From NCBI GenBank assembly GCA_965178125.1, contig OZ237740.1, forward strand, positions 744,001 to 808,000: a stretch of DNA of 64,000 nucleotides, given 5' to 3'. This stretch comes from Bilabrum cf. latius. Its lineage: Eukaryota. Both the position numbers and the translations under genes were made by a program. Within the stretch, counting starts at the first letter, position 1, and every line of letters starts with the position of its first letter. Below the pieces are notes generated by a model that worked only from the letters and a program-made list of their open reading frames with translations, was not told the DNA's origin and searched no databases. This document shows, piece by piece, positions 49,247 to 63,064 of the stretch.

Positions 49247-52200
49247 ATGAATGCTAAACTAAGCGCGGTATTAATTTTAGCTACACTATGCTGTGCCATT
49301 GGTGACTCCTTGCCGGTTCCACCGCCGAACGATGGGCAACGAATAGCGGCGCGGCTTCGCTTGGAATCACAAGACTATGGAACTCACCGCGACTACATGA
49401 CAATGGCCCCCAGCCTTCGCAAAGCAAATGAATCCCTTCTGTTTACTGTATAGTGCTGCAGCGGGAAGCCGATTGCTGCTCCGACACATGCTGCGGGCCT
49501 GGCATTCAAGCCTTTGGCTTCAAATGCGACTGTGCAAGGCGGATATTTCGTCCCAGATACGCGTGGTGACTTTGTATTCGCTAGCACGAAAGGATCAAGA
49601 ACTGCTTCGCCTATGGTGATCCGCGCAGTTGATTCCGCTGAGAGCGTCGATTCGCCCGCTCGATCACGATCTGACGCGGCGCTGTGCGAAGCGGCAACCC
49701 CAAATTCGTCGTACTTGCCAGTCCCAGGGGGTTGGACAGATGATACCATACCACCGACTGGGGCATGTTTGCTGTAGGACGCGTTTCGGAGGGAAGATCC
49801 CATCAGCAGCGACTGGGTGTTCCAGCGCTGGTCCGTGCAGCTCCCTGCCGAGCAGCACAGCACAGCTCCGAGCACGTGCGAGATGAGTCGATCGAGCCAG
49901 AGCGGGCTGTTCATCTCATCGACGAGCCTAGATCGGCCGGGCACCGTGGGATGTGGCCTGCAAACAACGGACCCACTCGTAAACTTTCTTGCTGAGCCGC
50001 AGCGCATCAGCCTCAACAGTGTGAGGGTGGCGAATGGTTACCTTCGGGTGGCCTTGCGGAGCTACCCAGTCAAGCAATCATTTGAAGCTGGCCTCTACGT
50101 TTCCGTGAACGGGACCCACGCTGTCGTGTTTAGCAAGGGGTCCCAAGCAGGGCTAGTGCCGGGTGGTTGTGCTCGACCTGGAGATCATGATGGGGGCACT
50201 CATGGTGCCATTGGCGCTGCCCGTGCCCCTGCCGCTGCCACTGGCGCCCGGGACCAGCCTGCCGGCTCATCGGAAGCGGCCTCACTAAACCTGATGATTG
50301 ACCTCAGTCCCGCATGGGCAAACCTGACCATGCAATGCAGCGATGGCAGCCGTCCCGTGACCGTATCTCACGAGCACGGTCTGCAGATCTGGGGGCTGGG
50401 GCATGGGGCCACAGGGGCCATGACTCTTGGCATTGGTGCTGCGCTGGGAGGACCCGGGCTCCCACCTGCCAGCCCCAGAGACCCGCCGGCGAACATATCG
50501 GTGGCTGGAATCGCTGCTGTTTCGACCGGTGCTTGGTTCGAGTCGCCTGCGGTGCTCCAGCCGATCCAAGGTCGGGCGAGGTTCACACCAGCATACTTTG
50601 GAAATTTGACGCAGGCTCGTGCGTTCGACTGGGGCGTGATTGACCCCACCTAGCAGCCGTTTAACGCAGACCCGTCGGGCGCTGCCGATTCAACGCATGC
50701 ACTGCGATTCGCGCTCGACTTTGCCAGGCGTAGCGGGCTAGCCGTCAGGCTTCCCGTAGGCAACTATTCTGTCTCCGATACGCTGTCGCTGTACCAGACC
50801 GGATCACGGTACGAGTCCTACATTCTGAAGGGACAGCGCTTGCCGCTGGACGAGGTGGTCCGTAGGAGATCGGCAGGCTAGCCAACTCGAGCCACGATCT
50901 ATTTGAGGCGGAGCTCTCCTGGGTACACCGACCCCAGTTAGGGCAAGTACGTCATCCACGTCCGACGTGTTAAGTACTAGGACCTTGGGTGGAACGCCAA
51001 GCCAAACAGCAACATGAACAACGTCATCGAGAGCGTAGACGTCGTGATCGGGGACGGAAACCCCGGCGCTGTCGGGGTCAGGCTGCGAGGGGCGCAGGCA
51101 TCCCACCTGCAGGACGTCACGGTGGACGCGGGCAGCGGCGCGATCGGGATAGCCACCCTGGCTGGGTCTGGCGGTGGGCACTCGAACGTGACTGTGCGCG
51201 GCGGTCGCTTTGGCATCGACGGGCGGCTCGCGCAGCCGGGGCCGACCCTGTCTGGCGTCGTGGTTGAGGGATCTTCATGCGCAGGGCTGGTCTACGCAGG
51301 GCTGCAAACACTCTCTTTGACGGGGGCGCGAATCGAAGTTCCAAGCGGTGTCCCGGCGGTCGTGGCTGGCTGGCCACTACCAATCCAGTTCCCGAACAGC
51401 TCTAGCAGGGGCCTTCCGTCAGGCGGCTGCATCTTGCCAGACCTGGAGGATTTCCAAGGACCTGACCCTGCTCTCTCTGGTCAGATCACTATCTCAGACA
51501 GTGGACTATCTCAGGGTGTAATTGGCAGAGGCATGCGCTTCCGATTGGGAGCTGGGGTATCATCAGTGGCCAAGAGGCTCGCAGGATAGGCGTCCTACCC
51601 GCTGATTGTAGCTAGCAACATGATCACACTTCGCAACGTCTTCCTATATAGTGCTGCTTCTCAGTAGGGGCGCGCTGAGGACCGTGCAAGCAATGTGACG
51701 TTCGTCAACCTGACAACTCTGCAGCTCTCGCCGCTGCAGTGCGCCCCTGATAGCCAAGGGGTGGCAAGGGGGCACATCGAGGAGCTCTCGGTGTCCCAGC
51801 CAATCCCCCCCTTCTACAAGCACAACTGTCCAAAGCTCGTCCCTTACCAGCTCAAGCCAGAGATTGTGGCGTTTGGAAACCGTTCGATCGGGCCAATGCT
51901 TCGACGCGGGTTTGCGTGTGGCGACGACGTGCCGCCGGTCGCACCCGACACGGTGACTCAATTCACGTATCGAGCAAGGGAATTCCCATCATTGGATGTG
52001 CCGGGGCTGGTGTCAGTCAAGGACTTTGGGGCTGTAGGTGACTCGCAGCATGACGATGCCCCTGCAATTCGTGCTGCCATTCAGGCGGCAGTTGCAGGTG
52101 CAAGCACCCTGCAATCACGCCCGTCTGTGCTGCTGCCCAAGGGGCAATTCCGCCTCAACTCCACGGTGTTTGTGCCGCCCTGCTGCCGATTAATCGGAGT

Positions 52201-53293
52201 AGGTCAGCCCCTCAGCACGATCATCTCTGGGCCCGAGGGTCTGGCAGCCCAAGACATGAGCGACCCACGCCTGGACACTGCCTTCCCACCGCCCCTGCTG
52301 CAGTTCGAAGCAGGAGAGTGTGCCGCGATGGAGGGAGCTCAAGCTGGCGATGAATTGCCAATGCTAGGTTCTGCCTTATACGCAGTCGATCTGCAGACGT
52401 GGGACACGCAGTCTAACGTGACATCCGTCATGTGGAAGGCTTCGGGCATGGTGCCTGTGTCGGCATCTAGCTCTGCCAAAGTCCACAGCCGCGCCGAGGA
52501 CTCCTCCTAGTCTGCCTAGCCAGGCATCGCAGCCATCAATTCATGGACCAAGGCCATTCGAGAATCTCCTATTCCTGCTGGACGGCTGAACGTCTGGAGG
52601 CAGGCGCACACGGATCGGGCACCCACCCTCGAGTTTACGGGTGGCACGGACGGGGAAAGGCACGCGAAGAAAGTCCCTGCCATGTCACCGCAGACAGTAG
52701 TGGGGGGTAGCACGCCGAGCAATGCCTCCATTCTTGCGATTACTTTCTACCAAGAGGACATTGGCCCGAACGGCCCGCCCTACCGTCACCTGCTCGTGCA
52801 AGGCAATCATCAGGCAGGTGGCAGCGCAGTGTTCATGCATCTCGACCCTGAGCACGCCGGGAGGTGCGACGCGCAAGTCGAGGTGCGGGACGCGGGTCCT
52901 TTCTTGGCGTATGGCATGAAAGCAGAGGGTAACATGGCCCCTCTTTGGGTGAGAAACGCCTCAAGGGTGCTCGTGACCGGCTGGGGAGGGCTTGCGTGCG
53001 CCATCCCCCGCAACCAGTCGTACCCCAAGGGTCTCGTGCAAGACCCGCCGTCCCTGGTGCGACTTGAAGGGTGCGAGCAGAGTCCAGGTGGGTGCGCTCT
53101 GTATGGTCTGATTGACTACGGTTCTGTATGCGGGGCTCATGACGGGTTCGTTGGCGTGCCGCCCACGGAGTGGACGTTCGTGGCCTCTCGCAGCAGCAGC
53201 AGCAGCAGCAGCAACGACGACGCCGCGTGGGTGACGACACCACCGCTTGTTCGCCCCGTTGCATACTACGGCTCGTAGCCGCCAAGCCTCTGA
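49247..53293 (+). CDS. Secreted protein with two Pectate_lyase_3/GH55-like beta-helix modules (~1350 aa)
   Basis: Signal peptide MNAKLSAVLILATLCCAIG; FNADPSGAADSTHAL...LPVGNYSVSDTL; GNPGAVGVRLRGAQ; VSVKDFGAVGDSQHDDAPAIRAAI; joined over TAGs; TGA 53291-53293. Confidence 0.8.
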
Positions 53294-53515
53294 ACTGCGC
53301 TGCAGGTGATAGCATGCTCGGCATAGAAGCCTACTGGTAGTCTAGGCTCAGCAGGCTGGCAGACTCGTCAGCCGGACCACGGCCTTTTGTGTGGATTGCA
53401 AACAGGAAACTTCGTTTGACTCTCCGAGGAGTCCACAAGTGTTACCCTCAGATTTACTAGATTATCAATTGATCTGATCGAAGCTGAACGAAGTCGTCAT
53501 TTTTGTATCAGTACA

Positions 53516-55702
53516 ATGCCCCTTTTCAACAAGTTGCAGTTGGCTGCTGCCGCGCTTGGTTGCATGTTGACGCAATGTAGAAGCGCTAGAGTCCATGTAT
53601 CTCCTGAAGGGGTATGCAGTAGTCCGTATGGAACCAACAAGCAAAGCTCAAATGCGACACAGTGCACGCTTCGGATCTAGCAAGCGATTCATTCGTGCAT
53701 GTCTTACGAAGCATGCGAAGGCGTGCAGTTGAACAACGGATCCACATATCCAGTGGTTTGCAATAGGCCGAATGAGGCCGCAATTGAGTTTAATGGCACG
53801 GCAAATTTGTGGTTTGGCTCTCTTAATTAGAACAACCCTGCCACGCTGCTTGTGCAGTACGGTGGAGATCTTTGCCGCGGCATCGTCGCATAGGATGCAC
53901 TGAACCTTACGTTGTAGAACGTGAATCTAGATGCATACAGGCCCCCGTTCACACTACTTGAGGCAGTTTCGGTCGAATCAGCTCCGGGACACCAGCAGAA
54001 TGCGACCTTCACCTTCTCGAACAGTTTGGACGCGAGCATGTCGGGCCTCAGCAGCGGTTCGCAGCCATGGCTAAAGCATGTAGACACCCTATTTCCGTTC
54101 AGCTACGACGAAGATAGAGTGATAGACCCCGCGAATCCTGCTTGGAAAGGAGGGCACTGCTCGTTTTCTGCACCCTCCCCCCAGTCCGACCTGCCCGGAT
54201 CCGCGTACCAGCCTCTGCAACTGGTGAGCATGTCAAATCGGACCGTGAAGATGCCTTGCAACGGCACCGATCCGCCAAAGCCTGGCGCTCTCTTTGTTGC
54301 GAGGCACTACAGCAATCATGGTGCTGTAGTATGGTGCATTCGGTGCACCAACCTTTCCATTGCCTCGGTGGTTGTGCACGCTGGGGCGGGGATGGGGCTG
54401 CGGTGCGACCTTTGCAAAGGCACGACAGTGCTAGAATCTGGAAGTGGCGTGAGAAGGAGGCAGGAGCGCATGAAAGATACTTTACACGAGCAGCATGGTC
54501 CTAGCATGCCACCAGGGACAGGTGCTGGGCCTAGTGCTTCCAACGGGAGACTAGCCATGAGCGCGACAGCCGACGGGCTGCATTTCATGTCAACGAGGGG
54601 CGACATACAGGCGCATCAGTTGTATATTGAGGGCCAAGGTGACGACTGCATGAACGTGCACGGAAACTACATCACAATTTTGCCTCTTGGCGGCAGTGGT
54701 GGGGCCCAGGACGAGGAGTAGCGGCGGCGTGCAGGCCCCGGGAGGCACGAGAGCCCCCCGGGCTGGCTGCCGTACCGTAATGACAAAGGGGCCGGCTGGT
54801 TGACTGATCTGCCGTCGAAGCTTATCGGGGATGAAGTCAGCTTCGTCCGTGGAGACACGCTGCAGAGCTTCAACCACTCGTCTAGTCTGCTCGCTGCCGG
54901 TGGAGCACAACACGATCCTCCCGACCACCGGGCCACTGGCTAGGCCTAGAGCACGTTAGGCGAGCCGGCAACCTCGCACATCCTTGCCGCAAACTCCACG
55001 CATGTTCTCCTCGCCGATGCGTTGCCGCCTGGCTTTGAGCCGGGGCGAGATGCCATCATCTCAATCGACGCATAGCCGTCTACGGTCATAGTCACAGAGT
55101 CCGTCTTCAACCGCACCAAATCAAAGGGGTTAATGCTATCGGGGGGCCGATCAATCACCGTGCAGAATAACCTGTTTGAGTTGGTGCCTCATGCAAACGT
55201 GCTGCTGGGTAGTGGCACGTCACTGGGGTACTCGTACACGGAGGGGCCGCCCGCCCGAGGCCTTCGCGTGGGGAACAACGTGTTCGTCGGGGGGGCGCAA
55301 GGGGGTGGGGGCATAGATGGTCTAGGGGTTATCTAGCTGTCCGCGTGCGGCCAGCAGAGCTACTCACAGCGCGCATGCGTGCAGTTGCGCGAGCTGCCGC
55401 CCTTTGGGTACTTTGCAGATGTCGCCATTTCGAACAACACGTTCCATAGGCTTACCTATGTTCAACCGTTCGTGTATGCAGGGTTGGTGGACGGACTGTT
55501 AATTGAACGGAACTTGGTACTGTACCAAGGCGGCGCGCGGCCACCCACTGGTCAGGGTGACGGCTGCCTCTACGGCAATGTGGAGGGCTCCGTGGAAGCC
55601 CGAGGCAATGAGTGCGAATTTTTCGATGGAGTGCGCGGGCACCTGTCCGGAGAACCAAAGAGCTAGAGGGATTGCAGGTTCGAGTGTGCCCCAACCCTGT
55701 GA
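53516..55702 (+). CDS. Secreted right-handed beta-helix glycoside hydrolase, GH110 alpha-galactosidase-like (728 aa)
   Basis: Signal-peptide-like N-terminus; D..RPPFT, HAGAGMG, SATADGLHF, EGQGDDCMNVHG; joined over TAGs; TGA 55700-55702. Confidence 0.7.
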
Positions 55703-55884
55703 TACCCGTTAGATTGTGGTTTTTGTTGTGGGCTAATCTTGGCCCACCTGCAGTGCACGGAGGTGTTGGTTGGCCTTGCGACCGTAGCAGCATTTTCACG
55801 GTCGCATCTAAGTGGCGATTTTCAGGATGAAAGGTAGTCTTTTCTAAGCGTTCTGACTGAGTCTTCATCTGGACTACTTGAATC

Positions 55885-58800
55885 ATGCGAAAAGACGATC
55901 GGACCAGACAATTTGGGACAGTGAGAAGAAAACGGTATTTCCACGGCCAGCCGGCAATCTGCACCGATGAGTCGATTCACGTGCTTTTTTGTTGATTTAG
56001 CCTCCTGAATATCTCAGCAAATATACTGGCTTGAGCAAGGTAGCTTGGTTGGTCTGTTCGGATCGGGTTGCAATCCGTACCTCGACGATGGCAGACGCCT
56101 TAATGCGTGGGGCATCTTTGCGAGCCTCCTGATCTCGCTAGTGGTTGGCCTCGGAGTGTTTTCTATGCTGCTTACCGAATTCAGCGCTTCTCTCAGTATT
56201 CAGGATGCGTACAACGTCACAGATTTGGGAATTGGAGAGCCCGCGGACGGACCGTCGTCCGAAATGGAGACAAGGCTGCCCTTGCTGGACGAGCTGCTCG
56301 GCCACCAGTTCATGTTTCATCAGCAAGCTGGGGACAATTTGATTTCATTGTACAGTATTTTGCTCAGTGGGATATCCATTGCAACGCCAGTCATCGCGCT
56401 TACGCTGGCTGCGATCTACTTGCCCCTGTGCACCGATCGAAGCAGCCTGAGCCTTCGGTTCGGCGCCGTGATTAGCTTGGGCGCAGCGGCCCGATACGCA
56501 TTTCTGTGGACTTACATAGTTGAAGCTGAAATATCGTATCTCCCAATGGAGCTGTGGACTGCATTTTACCCTGTCTCGTCTGACATACACTCAGGCGAGT
56601 ACGTGAGGTTCGCATTCCTTTCGCAGCAACTGCTACTCGCTTTTTGGTTTTCCACGGCGCTGGGACTAGTCTGGGCTTTTTCGTCTAGTCGATCTACCGT
56701 CGCTATGGCAATGCAGACGATCATTCCCGTGGTCGCGGCCATCGTGCTGCAGGGGACGGGCTACCTCGCCCTCTTTCGCGAGCGGCGGCTTCTGGACCAG
56801 CTGGGATTGGGTACTGTCAGGAGGGCAGGATTGCTCCCGAGCCTAGCGTGCATTCGCAGGGCGGTCAGTGAGTTAACAGCAGCAGATGGTGCCCTGGTGG
56901 TGCCGCAGCGGGCGCTGTCCAACTGGACCGCCACCACCCTTCTCGACTTCATTGGGGGAGCTACGAGCGGTGGCATGATCAACCCGCGCCGCTCTGGGCT
57001 GGGTGTCAACTTGACAACCACGAATCTGACGGGCAATCCAGGTTCCTACTGGTTGGAGTCGCACGGCGACGACGTCATGGATGAACCCGCCTTCGTGCTT
57101 CAGCCAGCCAATCTTCAGCCGGACACGCTCGAGTTCGTTTACGAGGAGCTTCGCTTCGTGTCCATCATCGTTGTTCTTGTTGCTATTATCCTGTACCTAG
57201 GCCAGTGCATGTTTTGCGCAGCTCCTGGTCCGGCGCCTCGAAAGGGGGAGAAGATCGACGCAGATTTCTGTCAGCTCCACGACTTCGCGTGCTGCAAGTC
57301 CGTGCAGATGGCACTGCTCGAAGCGGAGGACAGGGGGTGTTGCCACGAAGAAGGCGGCCATGCAGTAAAATATCAGGAACCAGGTAGTGGTGGAGGTCCG
57401 CTCTGCTGTCAGACTGCCACAATATCAACCGGCAGTAGCAAGCCAGCGGGCTTGGGCGTGGTCTGCCTGATGGCATTCTGCGGCGTGCTGGAGGAGGACC
57501 TCGCCGGGGATGACGATGACAGCGACGATGAAGGGCAGATGTCGCTGGGAGGATCGGGTGGTCAAACCAGGAAGACTGCCCATCGGTCTCGGTCTCACCT
57601 GGCCACGACCAACGATTGGCCGTAGTACCAGCAGAGAGCCCTGGACTTCGCGAGGCAAGGCATGGCCCGCATGCACCTCGCAGGCAGGATCGCGACCGAC
57701 TCGGTCACGCCATCGCTCCAGCGAAAGAGCATGGTCAGGACCGGATCGCACCGCCGAGGCAGTACTCTAGCTGGTTCCAAGTCTATTCTCAGGCAAGACA
57801 GCGAACTGAATGGGAGCTCGAGGACGAACTCAGGAGACAACGACGGGCCCGATGAGGATGGCATTGAGAACGACACGTCCTCCGATGCGACAGGAGGGGG
57901 CAGTGTGGCCTAGCGAGAGCTGCGGCGGGTGTAGGGACCAACTTTGATGACTTTAAAGGCCCTCCTGTTCATCAGCTTGATCATGGCACATCCGGAACTC
58001 TCTGGGGTTCAGACGGGGTGCTCCCCTCTCGCCTTCTCTTCCACCATGTCTGCCGTGGCTGCTGGTGCTGTCGCCAGACGGCTCGGTCCTGAGCCCAACC
58101 TGGCGGGACTGCAAGAGCTGGAGGGAATTTTGTCATTCAATGGGAACTCTACCGGCTTATTCTTGACGGCAGGGTTAAGGCTTGGAGCTCGGGATCCACC
58201 AGCGCCAGTTTTTGCCCAGCTTGGGGCTATTTACAGGACGAATCTTCTTGCCTCGCAGCTGCACTTTGACGACATGCAGCGAGATGTGCGGTCTCGTCAA
58301 GCTTAGACTGTGATTTGGGCGATGGCGGTGCACATGTTTTCAGAGACCATTGCACTTGCTGTGGTTTTGCTCATGATGAGGCACGTGGCCTTCGTGGTCG
58401 AGCTGCGGCAGGGCACAGCGAGAAGCGAGCAGCGGAGGCGAGCTCTGCTTGCCATGCTAAGGCTGCTTCTTCACGACACGCTCTCGCCCCTAAACGCTCT
58501 GTCGCTCAGTTTGGAGGAGATGTCTGACAGCCTGGGGCAGTGGAGGAGCTACTCTCACCGGGTCCAGACTCTCGCCATCAGGTACCGGAAGAGCCGACCA
58601 TCTAGGTCAGAGGGAAGGAACAACTCGAGCGACTCAATTCGCCGGAAAGGCAACCTCATAGGCTCGATGGGATCGATCAGCAGTCGTCAGTCGGACGCCA
58701 TCCATCGCAAGCCGAGCCAAGTCGAGCACGCAGCTGTCTCTAGCTTGCAAAGTCCCAAAGACGTTGTGTCAATGATGATTGCAACGGCAGCGGAGCCCAC

Positions 58801-61800
58801 AGTCGAGAGCCCCACGCAGCCAGCTGGGGCCAGCTCCGGAAGCGCAAGCACCAACACATCCAGGGGACGGACGACGCGGAAATCCAAGGGCACACCACGA
58901 GGCGGCTCCGGATCTGCGTCCCCGCAAACTGACCACTCGCGTAGTAGCCGCGGCAGTGGGAATCTCAGCAAGATTGAGCGGGCCAAGCTTCGAGGAGCTC
59001 CTCGGACATCTCTGCTGAAGGAGATGCAGACACTGCGGAAAGACGTGGTGCCTGCCATGGCCTCATCGGCTGGTGGCATCCAGCGAATCCTGAGTGACAT
59101 GGTGAGCCTTCAGGATGCCCAGAACGGTAAGCTGCGCTTGGCGATGGAGCCAACGAATCTTGGACAAGCGGTCAGCGAGTCCATCTTTAGAGCATTTCGC
59201 GCTCTGGCTTCGACGTACCAGGTACAGCTGGAGCAGTGGGCAGACTAGGTGGCCGACAGCACCAACTACGAAGAGATGATGGTGAGGTCGTTCAGCAGGC
59301 AGTATGTGGCTCCTGGCCTCGTGAAGCAGGTTGCAACCAGGGTCAAGCTATCCTCTCGCTTGACTGGCGATGGGCAAGCAGGGCTCGATTTCCTCACGCT
59401 CGGGCTGATGGACGCCACTAGGACCAATGGTGAGGACAGCGATGACACAGCTGACTTGCCACGGGCCGGCGCGCGGGCGATGGTGCCCTTCAAGGACGTG
59501 TCTGGAGCCTAGCATCGGACAGCAGCCACAGAAATGGCCGCTATGGTTGTGCCTGAGCAGGTGGCGGAGCATATCCCCCTCGCGGCTCAGCTCCTGTACA
59601 AGCCAGCGTGGGGTCTTCTGGTGGAGTAGCAGTCTATCCTAGTCATGTGCGACCTTCCAAGGCTGCAGCAGTGCCTGGCCAACTACTGCTCCAACGCACT
59701 AAAGTTCTCCAAGAGAAAATAGGAGGACGTGTAGCACGAAGCACGCGAAAGGCCGCGTTCCAACCTATCCAGGGTGCCTACCGAGCAGAGGAAGAGCCTG
59801 CATGCCGTTATGCAGAGTCGTCGGGGGTCCGATCGCCACCAAACCAAAATGAGCATGGCGTCGGGGATGCAGGTCTCCATTGACCACTCGCGCAAGAACT
59901 CTGGCACTCCAATGACGGGCACGCGCCGCTTGTCCAATGGCAAGCGCCCATCGGTATCACAAGCCAGTGCGCATCCGCCTACAATGCGCAGCTAGCAGGT
60001 GCCGAGTGATGGTAGTCACAACGCAGACGTCGTGGGCCGTACGACCAGCCAGACTGATTAGGTTGTAGGTATGTCATGGAGGCAGGGAACGATAGGGTCC
60101 AGGAAGACGTCCGGTGAGTCGCTTGTGTCTGCCGCACACAAGCGCTTGTCAGGAGCCCGGGCATCAGATCACGACATCAGCTAGTTGCAGTCTCCTGGGG
60201 TGCTAAACAGCAGCGGTGTGACGAATGGATCAACGCCCGAGTAGCAGGCCACCCGACGACTCACGGATGCTGGGGATGTATCCCAGCAAGCTAAACAGGC
60301 GCACACGAAGACAGCGTCACGACCGAAGCGACTTGAGCAGCAGGCCTCGCTCGGAGCCACTCGCAGGCGGCCTTTGCCGCCTGCTGTGTCGAGTCACACC
60401 ATTGATGACGCGCCCGGCACATCCTCCGGTCAGCCGCAGGCCTCGGGGGTCCCACGCATGCCGAGCGCTTCAAACTTCTCGGATCGATCGAGCGACTCTA
60501 GGCACCGGCCTAGAGGTGTGGGGCGTGTATCTGCCCACATCCAGGTCGAGCGCGGGCCCTCTACCGGCCCCGCGGAATCTCCGTCATCCCACACGCAAGA
60601 CGGCAAACAAGGAGGGCAACCGAGCGACAAGACCTCCAACAGCCTACCAGAGAGTGGTGTGGTGATTGGGACAAGCGAGCTGCCGCCGCCGTTATGGGAC
60701 TATGACGCGCTTGAGAAGTCTGGAACGCTGGGCCCCACACGGCTCGCGGCCTTCAGGGCGATGCTTTCGAACCTTCGATCACACAGGAGGGCTTTAAAGA
60801 GGAGAAGCTAGACGACGGCCGGGACGGCGCACGGCGGCAGAGCTGAGCACAAGCGCCGAGGCAGCATTAAGTAGAGGCGATCCAGGCGATTCAGTATCAA
60901 GGAACTCACGAGCCCTCGGAACAAGAGAGCCTCCACCAGTGCGGTTGATGCGCACACCGCAGCGGTAGAGCAAGATTCTCCAGAGTCGCCGCCGCATGGC
61001 TCCACGGCAAAGGTGTCACCAACTCCCGCAGGTGTAGAGCCTGCTCATTCGCCTACAGGTGTGGAGACAGGCAGCTCCAGCTGGTCCCAGATCCAGACTA
61101 CCATGCTAAATGCGGTGTCGCCCAGCACCTCCAGAGCATCTCGACCGAGGCTCAGGGACCTAATCGCGACTTGGGTCACCTGCCAGGCGGGGCGCACGCA
61201 GACCATGATGCTGGCTGGGCTGCGACAGCATTGTGCCGATATGCTGCACCAGCAATCGGTTGTGGCAGCGTCTGCATCGGCCTCGGCTTCTAGCATCATC
61301 GATCATGGTGAGAATGTTCACCGCCAGCGCTTTGATTTCTCTGCAGCTCCTGCGATGATCGGACGCAATGATGGGGGTCACGGTGCTCCAGTCAAGCTGA
61401 TGCCAGTCTTGCCCACCGAGCGCGGGAGGACCTCGTCAATGCCCCCATCGCCGCGGTGGCCCTCGCTCAAGGCGAGGCACGGTGGTGCGGCTGCAGCTGC
61501 GGGGATCGGCACCCCCTTGCACCCCGTACAAGAATCTGACACGACTTCGCGCACGCGAGGCAATTCGACAGCGACCAGCAGCAGGCAGAGGTCGAGGGAC
61601 CCAAGCTCCAGGGCAGTCCATGATGGGGACGTGGAGGCGAGCAGCAAGGACAGCAGTCCTACCACAGGCACTGGGAGTGGAACGGTCACAGGCACTGGAA
61701 CCGGGACAGGGACAGGAACAGGCACTGGGACCGGCACAGGGACAGGGGGCACCGGTTCAAGGCTTGCAAGCGCTTCGAAGCACGCGGCGAAGCACGAGGC

Positions 61801-63064
61801 CAATGCTGCGGTGGCTCACGACGTCGACCCGCAAGAACCCGACTCGATCCGTGCGATCCGCAACGTTCTTGACCACGCTCACACCAAGAGAATGCGAGAG
61901 ATGGCGGAGATTTCTCGGGGTGCTCGCACCATATCCTTCTGGGTCTGGGACGACGGAGCGGGGATCGCTGCGAAGGACAGGAGACGAGTCTTCCAGCCCT
62001 TCTCGCAGATCGACGCCAATCTGCAGCAGGAGGGTAAGGGCAGCGGGCTGGGGCTCGCCATCACGGAGAGCATCGTCAAGCTGCACGGCGGGGCGGTCGG
62101 CTTCATGTCGGCCAAGGGTGTGGGGGCGATATTCTGGGGCTGGATCCGGTGCAGCACGCAATGGGAAGCACCGGGCAAACAGCTGTCTGGCCGCAATTTG
62201 GGCGCAGGAAGCGAGCACGTGTCTGAGGCAGATGAGGGCGGTCGGGACAGTCCCAGGGCACAAGGCTCCTAGCATCAAATCAGCCCCCCGGCAAAGAAGG
62301 CCATCCTAGGACCCAGGGCGGCTGACCCCTCCGCGGGCAAAGAGGGGTTTGCTGGTGCTGGGGGTTCGGCTGCTTCGGGTGCAAGGAGGGGGTCCCACAG
62401 AGGATCCCTCAAGCCGGCTCCGTTGATGCCCCGCCGCCTGCTGTGCGTGGACGACGAGCGGTCGAACCGGAGGCTGCTCGCCAGCGCCGTGCGCCGGCTG
62501 GGTATCAGCGAGGTGTATGAGGCCACAGACGGGATAGATGCCCTTGTGAAGCTGGGCGTGCCTCGCAGGCTGTGGGTGGGGTACAAGGGAGCCAAGGCAG
62601 GGGACGTCACCCCCCCGGGTGGGGTCACTGCGGGGAACAAGGACACAGGTTTGGCGGCGGGGGGTGCAGCTGGCAAGGGCAGAGCCGAGGTTCGTGGCAG
62701 TGCGCCCACGGCCGCCCAGGTGGCACCAATGCCGGAAGGTTTGCCCGCCGACGCGTCGTCGGGCTCCATCCCAGGCGATGTGGAGAACTTGCCACAGGTG
62801 AGGCTGGGACCTGGCGACGTCATTCTGATGGACTACAGCATGCCGCTCATGGGAGGCGCGCACTGCACTAGGAGCATACGATCAGATCCTCGGTATCGCG
62901 GTGTTCGTGTTATCGGCGTGACGGGCAATGTGCTGCTCGAAGATCAGCAGCGCCTGATATCGGCAGGTGCCGAACGCGTCCTGCCAAAGCCCGTCCTCCG
63001 AAGGACTCTGTAGGCCGCATTGATGTCTGCACCCGCTCGCCGACGGGCAGGAATCGCGATTTGA
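55885..63064 (+). CDS. Multi-TM hybrid sensor histidine kinase/response regulator (~2360 aa); probable intron 55921-56017
   Basis: H-box LHDTLSPLN (58472), N-box RLQQCLANYCSNALKFS, G1 VWDDGAGI, F-box VFQPFSQ, G2 GSGLGLAI, receiver VDDE..ILMDYSMP..GVTG..KP; all fragments share one frame; TGA 63062-63064. Confidence 0.9.

Noticed and set aside
5308-62863. Numerous long overlapping or antisense ORFs (e.g. 5308-6408, 13207-14109, 23284-24237, 25828-27060, 43568-44593)
   Set aside because: Shadows of real GC-rich CDSs on the other strand or in another frame
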